Shown in pieces: positions 1-8,238 of a DNA stretch of 40,278 nt (its first letter is position 1; every line of letters starts with the position of its first letter). The notes below the pieces were generated by a model. It worked only from the letters and a program-made list of their open reading frames with translations. It was not told the origin of the DNA and searched no databases. Source of the DNA: a virus (taxonomy: Duplodnaviria > Caudoviricetes); IMG/VR virus record IMGVR_UViG_3300035042_000148, positions 1 to 40,278 of that record. One strand, written 5' to 3'. The position numbers and the translations under genes are program-made.

Positions 1-115
1 AATGGGGCTCGAAACGTTATCTGAATATGGATCTTCTCAAAGAACAGGAACTGGAACTAGCGACCGAGGCAAGCTAACCCAATGGGGCACTGCCGAAAAA
101 AAAGCGAAAGATTCT

Positions 116-382
116 TTACACTACCCGCTGTTTTGAGGCAACCAACACCCCAAGGTCTGTTTCACTCTCATCCAGATTGAAACCAAGGTCCTGCAAAACA
201 GCATTGCAAGAACTGATAATGTTTTTTTCATCGTTGGTATCAAAATATCTGGTTTGTAGTTGTCGTGTTTTGATGCTTTGGGGGCTTAAAGACAATGCTT
301 CCTTAGGAACTCTGGTAGTGCAACCGGCAAGTAAGCATGCAGATAGAGCAAGAAAAACAGTAAGCGGCTTAATCCATTTCAT
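116..382 (-). CDS. Putative lipoprotein, possibly C-terminally truncated
   Basis: Signal peptide with lipobox LLAGC; directly downstream of the lipoprotein at 394-855. Confidence 0.55.
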   Translation of the reverse strand: MKWIKPLTVFLALSACLLAGCTTRVPKEALSLSPQSIKTRQLQTRYFDTNDEKNIISSCNAVLQDLGFNLDESETDLGVLVASKQRVV

Positions 383-393
383 TTGTTATTTCC

Positions 394-855
394 TTAAAAG
401 CTAGATTGCCGATAAGCGAAGTCTCTTACCTTGCTCTGTTCGTCAAATTTGACGATTACCGTAAGAGTCCTCTGTGACGTTGAAGCTGCCCCTGCATTAT
501 TTTGATATGATGCGCTGCCTGCACCGCCACCACCAGCGGCACCGCCAAATAAACCGCCGAAAATGAGAGCCGAAACCCCACCGGAACTTGTTGAATAAAC
601 GTGCTCAGTGGCGATTTTGTCGTAAACCCATACTTCACGACGCTGGGAATCGGTTGTAACAACATTGGGCGATCCAAGAACCTCAATTACCTCAGCAGAG
701 GACATTCCTACTTTGATTTCTCGTTGAACTTTACCGGCAGATATTCTATCCCCCGTGTCATCACGTACGTCTTGGCGATGCCTTCCGGCTGAAACACATC
801 CTGCCAAAAACAGCAAAACAAGCCCTAAATACAAGAATTTTCCAATTAGCTTCAT
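394..855 (-). CDS. Lipoprotein with BamE/SmpA-OmlA-like domain
   Basis: Lipobox FLAGC; motif IKVGMSSAEVIEVLGSP...WVY and C-terminal VKFDEQSKV; RBS-like AAGGAGG before the ATG at 855. Confidence 0.7.
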   Translation of the reverse strand: MKLIGKFLYLGLVLLFLAGCVSAGRHRQDVRDDTGDRISAGKVQREIKVGMSSAEVIEVLGSPNVVTTDSQRREVWVYDKIATEHVYSTSSGGVSALIFGGLFGGAAGGGGAGSASYQNNAGAASTSQRTLTVIVKFDEQSKVRDFAYRQSSF

Positions 856-1009
856 GACCCCTCCTTTTAAATTAGAAACGTTCATATTTTTACCTAATGT
901 CATTATTTGTCAATAATTTTAATGTTAAGCAGAATCTTTAATGCAAATTAACAAAACAGGTGCAATCGATAACTTACATGAATATTTGCCTTGAGGGCCT
1001 TTTTCAGGA

Positions 1010-1168
1010 TTGGGCGAAGGACGGCAGATCGTTTTACGATACATGCAGCGCGGAAAATATTTCCGGATCGTGGCCGATGTTTATGTGGACGGGAGCGACT
1101 TGGGACAAGAGTTGATCGAGAAGGGGCTTGCAAAGCCATACCATGGAGAAAAAAAGCCGAAGTGGTAA
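1010..1168 (+). pseudogene. C-terminal fragment of a thermonuclease (SNase-like)
   Basis: Manual translation QRGKYFRIVADVYVDGSDLGQELIEKGLAKPYHGEKKPKW* resembles the SNase C-terminus; an in-frame TGA at 992-994 lies just upstream, so the N-terminal half is missing. Confidence 0.55.
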
Positions 1169-1385
1169 GCTAGCCTTATTTACTGGAGAAGATTTAAAAG
1201 ATGAATTACAGCGCCTAAGATCCAGAGCAGAACAACTGCAAAAAGAGGTTGAGAGGTTGAGTGCGGAGGTTTATAGACCACCTGACCGAGCACATGAAAT
1301 AATTCGGTTAACGTTGGCTGGCCGAAAAAAAGAGGCAAAGGCATTAAGACTCAACAAACCATATAAAAGGAAGCCGGAACCCTTT

Positions 1386-2048
1386 CTATTGAGCCTTCAT
1401 AAGCAAGCGGAACTCCTCTATGAGGGCGCTTCTTACTTTGTCTGTTCTTTGGCTCCAAAGGTTATAAGCAACTTCCATCGTTGTTGTCTCAGGGACTTTT
1501 TTATCTTCATTAGCAGAATTCTCCGAGTCTTTTAAAAATTGTATCGTCTCCAAGGCAAATTCAGCACACTGGTTGATATAAACAAGCATTCGATCATATA
1601 GATCCGATTTGAAATAAATAGCATTTTCTACAAGGGCGCACACAAGCCTTTTAGACTGATTATCAATATCCTCGCAAGCTTTAGAAACCAGTTCCGCCCT
1701 CTCCCTATCCCCCTCTCCACACAGCTGAAACGGTTCTCTTATGTCTATACAGAACAGCCTATGCAATGCATATATTTCACCGTAAACATTTTTGATTGCC
1801 TCCGCCCTCTGCTGGTCGATGCGTGAAATCCCAACCTGCTGTTCATGGGCATAAACACTGAGCTCTGCTTTTAAAACTTCAGCTTTTTGCTTTAACTTAG
1901 AATCGTAATCCTTGAGACGCTTATCGAAAAAATGTGTGATATGTTTTCTTACACAGAAATACGCGATAGCTCCGCCTCCTGTGGCCCCGGCAAGGTATTT
2001 CAACACCTCTTTACTCAATTCCGCCATTTCCATTAACACACCCTCCAT
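1386..2048 (-). CDS. Hypothetical protein with N-terminal membrane anchor
   Basis: 220-aa low-GC ORF; hydrophobic/Gly segment near the N-terminus followed by helical sequence. Confidence 0.6.
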   Translation of the reverse strand: MEGVLMEMAELSKEVLKYLAGATGGGAIAYFCVRKHITHFFDKRLKDYDSKLKQKAEVLKAELSVYAHEQQVGISRIDQQRAEAIKNVYGEIYALHRLFCIDIREPFQLCGEGDRERAELVSKACEDIDNQSKRLVCALVENAIYFKSDLYDRMLVYINQCAEFALETIQFLKDSENSANEDKKVPETTTMEVAYNLWSQRTDKVRSALIEEFRLLMKAQ

Positions 2049-2203
2049 ATGCTATGAATATGCCCATCTATAACATCGGAGGCCGATCTCTGTCACTTTT
2101 TTTAAAACCCACTCATTCTTCTTTTTCTATTTTTGCAACTGGTAGGCGGTTTTTCTGGTTTTTTTCTCCTTCCTTCTGTGCTTACAGTGTGCTTACAAAA
2201 ATA

Positions 2204-2234
2204 AAGGGGTTAGGTCACAATGGCCTAACCCCTT
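2204..2234 (-). terminator. Stem-loop just 3' of the att/tRNA 3' end
   Basis: AAGGGGTTAGG (2204-2214) / CCTAACCCCTT (2224-2234), followed on the minus strand by a T-rich run. Confidence 0.6.
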
Positions 2235-2242
2235 GAATTTAT

Positions 2243-2288
2243 TGGTGGGCGTTACTGGGATCGAACCAGTGGCCCCTGCCGTGTGAAG
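2243..2288. repeat. Prophage attachment site (46-bp duplicate of the tRNA-Val 3' part)
   Basis: TGGTGGGCGTTACTGGGATCGAACCAGTGGCCCCTGCCGTGTGAAG is identical to 40180-40225. Confidence 0.95.
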
Positions 2289-2395
2289 ACCGTGTCCCTG
2301 TCGGAAAAATAGCTGTTTTTTCAATGGTTTTAAATAGTTAAAATACAATTTAATTGTCTTGCGTTGCTCAAAATTGGCCTATTTTGCAGAAAATA

Positions 2396-2455
2396 TGAAA
2401 CGAAAATGGAAACGAGGAACGTTTCCTTGGAAAATTGTGCGCAAAAATGGAAACG
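2396..2455. repeat. Putative integrase arm-type sites (TGGAAACG), left end
   Basis: TGAAACG 2396, TGGAAACG 2407 and 2448, inverted CGTTTCC 2420; the same motif clusters at 40080-40148. Confidence 0.65.
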
Positions 2456-2459
2456 AAGG

Positions 2460-5189
2460 TCAAGCCAGCAACACCAAACCTATGACATCCATTCGCTCTG
2501 TACTGCCCGGGGAGAACCGCACTTCTTGGATCTCGCCTACAACGTTGTCGGAGAAACCGAGCGTCACGGCATCAGCGAACTCGAGCTCGCAGTGATCGAG
2601 AAAGACCTCGGGTGCATGTTGCCATCTCCTGGTGGCGTACTGACCCAGGTAAAAGCCCAACAACGATTCCGCCATATCTGCGTCCCTGACAAAATCCATC
2701 ATGAACAGATCCGGCCTTTCCTGCTCACCATGTGCCGCTATAGAGGTTTGGTCCGTGTCTGAGGTCGATGCTTTATAAGCGCTATCCCCTTTCGACTGGG
2801 TCCAGTCTCGGTCGTAAAGAAGGTTGATTACGTTGAGCACGTCGCTGTAGCTGACTTTGGTGCGGCTGTAGACTTTACGGCCGTCACTGATGCGGCAGGC
2901 CGGAATGGTTTTGACGCTGGTCAATGCATCCGGGCGGGCGATCAGCAGGCCTTGCCCGAGATGCATGCGGAAGTAGCAGCGGGACTGGAGCGCGATATCG
3001 TTTAGCCAGTCGATAGCTCTGCGGTATTCGGTGATGGCTCCATCGATGCGGTAGGTCGCGGGCAGGCTCCCTCGCTGCGCAAAAGATGCGACTCCGCAAT
3101 ATGTCGAAAGGATGTCCTCGACCACGGCTCCGGGAGTGGAGACGTTGCGTACCACATCCACCATTACCGTGTCGCCCACCAGGGTATTGGCAACCGAGTT
3201 ACCGGCAAGGGTTGCCGTGCCGGTTTTTACGACGGTACCTGTTTTGGTCACGGATCCTCCCAGGCTGACATCGCCCGTCAAGGCAACCGTGCCGGACTTA
3301 TCGACCGAGCCGCTCAAACCAACGTCCCCGCTCAGGGCGACCGATCCACTGCGGTCGACCGTACCCGTCTTACTTACCGCGCCGGATTTTGAAACCGTCC
3401 CGGTTTTGCTGACGGTGCCGCTCTTGCTGACAGTGCCGGTGAGATCAACCGTCCCTGTCTTGGATATATTCGCCTGGGCAAAACCGACACCGACTCCGGA
3501 TGCGTAATATTTTACCTCGAGCCAGACCTCCCAGACACGGGCCTGCCCGCCGATAGCGCCGAAATCGATACTCTTGCCGTCGATAGTATTCCAGGATGAC
3601 AACGTCTTCCAGGAGCTATACCAGACCGTTTTCGAGGTCGAGTCCGGCAAAGTATAGACGCCATCAACCTTGAGCCCCTTTGAATAGGTGCTGTCGCCGT
3701 ACATGATGGCCCAGCGGTAGCTGACCGGTGTGCCGCTTCCGGAATAGTTGGCCACTCGCGTAACCGTCGCGTCGCCATAGGATGACCTGTTGTTCAGAAT
3801 GGCGGCCGTGTTGGTATCGTCATCAATCGCGTTGCCCTTGGGAACAACCCAGAAGAGCCCCGATGCGCCCTCGATGGAGTCCGGCTGCACGTTTACGGTC
3901 GAGGTCTCTGCCTCATGCTCATGCCCCTCGTCGGCCACGATGATGTCCTCGCTGAGGGCGAGAGTGTCGGACAACGCGATTAGATCATCGATGCCGATGC
4001 CATCAAGAATGGTGATCAGGTCATCGATGCCAATGCCATCATTGATGGTCAAGGTGTCGCTGATACCGAGCGTCGAGGCGACGGATAGCAGGTTATCGAT
4101 GGTGATGGTGTCGTTCACGCCAAGATCGGAAAAGATAGCCAGATCGTTGAGAATGGACACCGTGTCCTCGATGGCGATCCCGTCATTGACCCACATCTGC
4201 ACAGCCTGCTGCACAGTGATATACCCGGGAATAGTGGCAACTGCCATGCCAGGATAAGAGGGATGCTCATCACCGGTTTTCCCGGTGTAGCAGGTCGCCG
4301 CGGAAGATATGTCAACCTCGGCATCGCCAAGACGGGCATAAATCTTTGGCATACTGTCCACCGGATGTGACGCCACCACGTAGGCAAACACCGACTTGAC
4401 CTGCCACACCACGGCTCCCTTGAGGTGGGATGCTGCGGCGGTCGATTCTGATCCGCGCGTGACCTGCAGGGTATCGTCGATGATGCTCGTGATGGTCATG
4501 CGCTCATCGTCGATCTGCAGTACCATATCGACCGCCAGGCCGGTCGCGTCGGAAACGTCGAATTCTGTGGCTGATTCGGATATGGCCGCAGGCAGAGACG
4601 TTTTAACGCCGGCATCGACCGCCCGGGCCGGAAGCTTGCTGACCGATCCATAGACGATGGGCAACACCTTGCCGATATCATCCTGGTCGGCATTGGGATA
4701 AGTCGTTCGATCGACCTTTGTGCCGATGTATTTTTCCAGGCGACTGCTTTCGTCTTCGATGGTCAGGCGTACCGTGGCATCGTCCGGCAATGCGATATCA
4801 CGCACATAGCCACGCAGGATCTCCTGCGGCGGATCGGTGGACGGGTCGAGGTCGGCAAACCACAGATAGAGGGATGCCGGCGAGGCCTCCAGCTCGTACT
4901 GGGTGGCGATATCCTCCGCGTTGGGCGAGGCGTCCGGGTCGATCAGCAGCTCCACGTTAAAATCTGACATACGGATCTCGCCCAGCGTGCCGGAAACGCC
5001 CTCGCGGACCTCACCCCAACTCGATACCCACGGCAACGTGTTGACATCGCCGTTCCACTCCTGCAGATAGACGACATCGCCGGACAGGTAATAGTCCTCG
5101 CCGCCAGCGGTAAGCTTGAGGATCCAGACCGGAGCGATGCCGGTTTTTTTGTTTTTCTCGGAGGCAAACTCGACAGGGAAGGTTTTCAT
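2460..5189 (-). CDS. Tail tip / hub-like protein with internal hexapeptide-repeat stalk
   Basis: 909 aa, last gene of the tail module; LPIVYG motif typical of tail-tip proteins; two ~14-15-unit hexapeptide tracts around a globular insert. Confidence 0.75.
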   Translation of the reverse strand: MKTFPVEFASEKNKKTGIAPVWILKLTAGGEDYYLSGDVVYLQEWNGDVNTLPWVSSWGEVREGVSGTLGEIRMSDFNVELLIDPDASPNAEDIATQYELEASPASLYLWFADLDPSTDPPQEILRGYVRDIALPDDATVRLTIEDESSRLEKYIGTKVDRTTYPNADQDDIGKVLPIVYGSVSKLPARAVDAGVKTSLPAAISESATEFDVSDATGLAVDMVLQIDDERMTITSIIDDTLQVTRGSESTAAASHLKGAVVWQVKSVFAYVVASHPVDSMPKIYARLGDAEVDISSAATCYTGKTGDEHPSYPGMAVATIPGYITVQQAVQMWVNDGIAIEDTVSILNDLAIFSDLGVNDTITIDNLLSVASTLGISDTLTINDGIGIDDLITILDGIGIDDLIALSDTLALSEDIIVADEGHEHEAETSTVNVQPDSIEGASGLFWVVPKGNAIDDDTNTAAILNNRSSYGDATVTRVANYSGSGTPVSYRWAIMYGDSTYSKGLKVDGVYTLPDSTSKTVWYSSWKTLSSWNTIDGKSIDFGAIGGQARVWEVWLEVKYYASGVGVGFAQANISKTGTVDLTGTVSKSGTVSKTGTVSKSGAVSKTGTVDRSGSVALSGDVGLSGSVDKSGTVALTGDVSLGGSVTKTGTVVKTGTATLAGNSVANTLVGDTVMVDVVRNVSTPGAVVEDILSTYCGVASFAQRGSLPATYRIDGAITEYRRAIDWLNDIALQSRCYFRMHLGQGLLIARPDALTSVKTIPACRISDGRKVYSRTKVSYSDVLNVINLLYDRDWTQSKGDSAYKASTSDTDQTSIAAHGEQERPDLFMMDFVRDADMAESLLGFYLGQYATRRWQHAPEVFLDHCELEFADAVTLGFSDNVVGEIQEVRFSPGSTERMDVIGLVLLA

Positions 5190-5548
5190 CAGGCGTCCTC
5201 GAGGATGAAGCTGACCAGATGACGATCGGGGCCGGTCCGCCGGCTCTGCATGCGCGTCTCAGCCAGTTTTACGCGGCGCTGGACATCGTCCTGATCAACC
5301 CATGTGAAGGCGCGCCGAACGCCCTGGACCGTATCGGATACAAAGTTCAGCAGCTCGTCGAGCTCGGCATTGCTTACGGCGACGGTCACCGGGTACGTGC
5401 CGACGGCAACCACATTGGCGGCATACACATAGACCGCGCCGGAGGAGTCGCGCTCGCGGGCCTGGCGCAGGCCGAGGGAGTTATCGCCGGCACGCCGCAA
5501 GGGCGCGCCGGTTAGGGTGACGGTGTGGCTGCCATAAATCAACTGCAT
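5189..5548 (-). CDS. Minor/distal tail protein (putative)
   Basis: Stop overlaps the start of the tail-tip gene; LLNFVSDTVQGVRRAFTWVD resembles distal-tail-type proteins. Confidence 0.6.
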   Translation of the reverse strand: MQLIYGSHTVTLTGAPLRRAGDNSLGLRQARERDSSGAVYVYAANVVAVGTYPVTVAVSNAELDELLNFVSDTVQGVRRAFTWVDQDDVQRRVKLAETRMQSRRTGPDRHLVSFILEDA

Positions 5549-5552
5549 GGGA

Positions 5553-5978
5553 TCAACCCTCCATCACCGTCAGCGTTACGACGTAACGCCCGGGAGCGGT
5601 CTCGGCGTAGGTGATTTCCGGAGATGCCAATCTCACCACCTCACCTCCTGCGGGGATGAAATCCTCCTGCCCCCCGGCGCCGTCATCGGACTGTAATCCA
5701 ACGCCCTCATAGAGGCGCATGGGCTCACCTAAAACAAAGGTTTCGTCCATAAACTGCAGATCGTCGCGGACGAAAGTCAACAGCGCCTCCAGGTCGGCGA
5801 TGCTCATCCCCTCCCAGCGCAGCGGCCATGTCCGCTCATCGGCGACCGCCGCGCCACCGAAACGCACCCCGGCGACGCTGGCGGGGACGGACTGCACCAC
5901 CTCCAGACTGCGTGTCGTGCGAGCCGGATACCGCGATAACGTGACGGACGCATCGCCGCAAATGAGAGACAAGGCCAT
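5553..5978 (-). CDS. Minor/distal tail protein (putative)
   Basis: Position in the tail module; weak resemblance to 5189-5548 (LEALLTFVRDDLQ vs LDELLNFVSDTVQ). Confidence 0.55.
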   Translation of the reverse strand: MALSLICGDASVTLSRYPARTTRSLEVVQSVPASVAGVRFGGAAVADERTWPLRWEGMSIADLEALLTFVRDDLQFMDETFVLGEPMRLYEGVGLQSDDGAGGQEDFIPAGGEVVRLASPEITYAETAPGRYVVTLTVMEG

Positions 5979-5987
5979 GAGACAACC

Positions 5988-6164
5988 CTAAGAGGAGGCC
6001 CGGCAGCTGACGATGATCACGCCGTCCCCGCCAGCCGTTTCGGCCTCGTCGTTGGCATTGCGCTCGGCCAATAGAGGCGAGAAGGTTTTCAATAACATTT
6101 TGCGATCGGGACAGATGTCTTTTTTGCTGCAGGCGTGGCAGCGATTCATGTCGATGGTCCACAT
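5988..6164 (-). CDS. Small Cys-containing hypothetical protein
   Basis: RBS GGAGGGA before the ATG at 6164; CxxC-x5-C motif. Confidence 0.55.
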   Translation of the reverse strand: MWTIDMNRCHACSKKDICPDRKMLLKTFSPLLAERNANDEAETAGGDGVIIVSCRASS

Positions 6165-6177
6165 TTTTGTTCCCTCC

Positions 6178-6600
6178 CTATAGGCCAATCTTAGCGCGCT
6201 CGACGCGGCCCCAGGCGCGCACGTCTTCTACAAAGGTTTGATACTCAGTAACCAGGTCCGATTCACCAGGCTCAAACACATAGGCCCCCTGCAACACTCC
6301 AACCGCGATACGCGTCAGATACATCTCATCCTCGGCGCTGTATTTGGCCCGAATCTGCTCCTGCATGCGCTGATTAATCAGGCGACAGTGCGGACTCGAT
6401 GCTTTGATCTGCTCGCGCAACTCCGGGGTTATCGTCACCGGTTCGACAGTGATCTGATTCGGCTGCGGCGGCAAATCATCTGGACCGCTGATATACGTGT
6501 AGCCGTCCTCAAGCGTACACAGCTCTACGACATCGCTTCCTTGGGCATTATAAGTTGTATAGTCGTCGGACTCTTTTCGATAGCGGTAGATTTTTGCCAT
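6178..6600 (-). CDS. Hypothetical protein, possible tail-fibre assembly chaperone
   Basis: RBS GGAGAG before the ATG at 6600; start overlaps the 3' end of the RT gene; helical C-terminus. Confidence 0.55.
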   Translation of the reverse strand: MAKIYRYRKESDDYTTYNAQGSDVVELCTLEDGYTYISGPDDLPPQPNQITVEPVTITPELREQIKASSPHCRLINQRMQEQIRAKYSAEDEMYLTRIAVGVLQGAYVFEPGESDLVTEYQTFVEDVRAWGRVERAKIGL

Positions 6601-7552
6601 TATCACTCTCCCTGATGGTTTTTGCCAAGTGCGGCATGCTGGCCGTGCCTTTTGCGTGTCCGAGTATAGACACAACGGTATCTACATCGCCCCGCTTTAA
6701 GGCTCGGCGGAATCGATAAAGACTGTGCTTGCGCAACAAGCGACGATCGGCCCAAGTTCGCCAGCCTACGAAGTTGACGCCGCGACACGTACGCGCAATG
6801 GTAGTTTTTGAGAATTCAAGGTTGAGGTTGTCGGCGATAAACTCTTTGATGCGCTGCCTGATCGCCACGGCCGCATCTCGAGCGAGACCTATCAGCACCA
6901 GGTCGTCCACATAGCGTGCGTAGTGTCTGATTTTTAGATCGCGCTTGATGTAATGGTCAAGCGGGTTGAGGTAGATCAAGGCATAGAGCTGACTGAGTAG
7001 GTTGCCTATGGGGATCCCCAGAGGCCCATCCTGCTCTGCGTACATCATCATGACGTTAAGCAGGCGTTCGTCTTTGATTTTTCGCTCGACCAGCACGCGC
7101 AAAATGCGGCGATTGATCCGGTAGAAAAACTTTCGGATGTCCAGCTTGAGGACATAAGTTTCTGGATCGCATCTACGCAATGCATCCTGGACATGCAGGC
7201 TCGCTCGATGTGTCCCGTATCCGATGCGGCAGGCAAAGGACTCAGGGGCAAAGATACGTTCAAAAATAGGTCCTATCATCCGATAGATGGCGTGCTGCGC
7301 TACACGATCGCGGAATGCCGGAGCGGATATCAGTCGAGGCTTCGGCTTCTGCACCCAAAACTGCCAATACGGCCGTGGTCGATAAAACCCGGAGTGGATT
7401 TCATCGTAAAGGGCCGCCAGGTTCCCGCCAAGATTGGTTTCAAACTCAAAGGTGGATCGTCGGTTGCGCTTGCGCTTGCGCGCGTCGAGATAGGCCTGAT
7501 ACAGGTTGTCTCGCGTGAAAACCTTATCAAACAGCTGGCCATAGCGCTTCAT
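6548..7552 (-). CDS. brt: DGR reverse transcriptase
   Basis: KPRLISAPAFRDRVAQHAI, LKLDIRKFF, GIPIGNLLSQ, YARYVDD and GVNFVGW motifs; likely start MKRYGQLF after GGAGG; adjacent to TR and avd. Confidence 0.96.
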   Translation of the reverse strand: MKRYGQLFDKVFTRDNLYQAYLDARKRKRNRRSTFEFETNLGGNLAALYDEIHSGFYRPRPYWQFWVQKPKPRLISAPAFRDRVAQHAIYRMIGPIFERIFAPESFACRIGYGTHRASLHVQDALRRCDPETYVLKLDIRKFFYRINRRILRVLVERKIKDERLLNVMMMYAEQDGPLGIPIGNLLSQLYALIYLNPLDHYIKRDLKIRHYARYVDDLVLIGLARDAAVAIRQRIKEFIADNLNLEFSKTTIARTCRGVNFVGWRTWADRRLLRKHSLYRFRRALKRGDVDTVVSILGHAKGTASMPHLAKTIRESDNGKNLPLSKRVRRLYNL

Positions 7553-7684
7553 ACGGGCGCCTCCGGTCTTCGGCCCTGCGGGCTTACCAAAAGGAGGCGG
7601 GTCATCGATTTCGCGTGACGCTGGACGGTACATCCCTGTCGTATCCACTGCGCACTTGCTGTGCCTTGAGGTAGAGAAGAGAGT

Positions 7685-7795
7685 CGGCCCGGAGCCCCAC
7701 GTTGTTGTTGGAGTTCGTCCGGTTGTTGTTCAGGTTCAAGCCCCAAACGCCCGCATTCGAGCCGTTGTTCCAGTTGTACGACGCGATCGGGCACA
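7685..7795 (-). ncRNA. DGR template repeat (TR)
   Basis: 111 bp with 12 AAY codons; matches 8259-8369 except at 13 positions, all A on the minus strand; lies between avd and RT. Confidence 0.96.
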
Positions 7796-7814
7796 TGTAG
7801 AGGCACCGCCCATT

Positions 7815-8216
7815 TTACCATCTGTGCATTTCCTTCATTTTGACTATCCATCCGCCGATCATGCGGCCGAGTTCATCACACAGGTCGCCGATGTGGGTGT
7901 AACGCTTCTGCTCCAATTTTTCCGGATGTTCATCCTTGCGGCCATCGCGATACCGGAAATAGCCGAGCTCAAACGCGAGGAACAATTGCATGCGCAAGCG
8001 TTCGTGGGCTATGTCGAGACTGGATAGCGTGGTCTTTTTCGTGTAACGCTTTTCGCCCTCGACCACCAGATCGAACACCTCATAGGCGGTATTCCGAATG
8101 CGATTCGCCAGGGCGTATTTCTCCGATTTCGGAAAATGGTTGAGATAGCCGTTCAAGCGCTGAATAAAAATAACCAGCTTGCGCACCAGCTGAGCTGCTG
8201 CATGTATATTGCTCAT
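7815..8216 (-). CDS. avd: DGR accessory variability determinant (four-helix bundle)
   Basis: 133 aa, basic; FPKSEKYALANRIRN and ELGRMIGGW motifs; position between target and TR. Confidence 0.92.
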   Translation of the reverse strand: MSNIHAAAQLVRKLVIFIQRLNGYLNHFPKSEKYALANRIRNTAYEVFDLVVEGEKRYTKKTTLSSLDIAHERLRMQLFLAFELGYFRYRDGRKDEHPEKLEQKRYTHIGDLCDELGRMIGGWIVKMKEMHRW

Positions 8217-8238
8217 CTTAAAAGCCCTTCGCTACCGC

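Noticed and set aside
2243-2288. Second tRNA gene
   Set aside because: Only the 3' 46 nt are present; it is the att duplicate.
2460-5189. Second DGR target (VR) in the tail-tip gene or elsewhere
   Set aside because: No further TR-like sequence found by eye; a BLASTn of TR against the whole genome is needed to exclude remote targets.
6548-7552. RT as a group II intron, retron or Abi RT
   Set aside because: No maturase or endonuclease extension; avd and an adenine-specific TR/VR pair identify it as a DGR RT.
7602-7796. 64-aa Asn-rich ORF
   Set aside because: This is the TR read in the target's frame; TR functions as RNA, although translation cannot be excluded.
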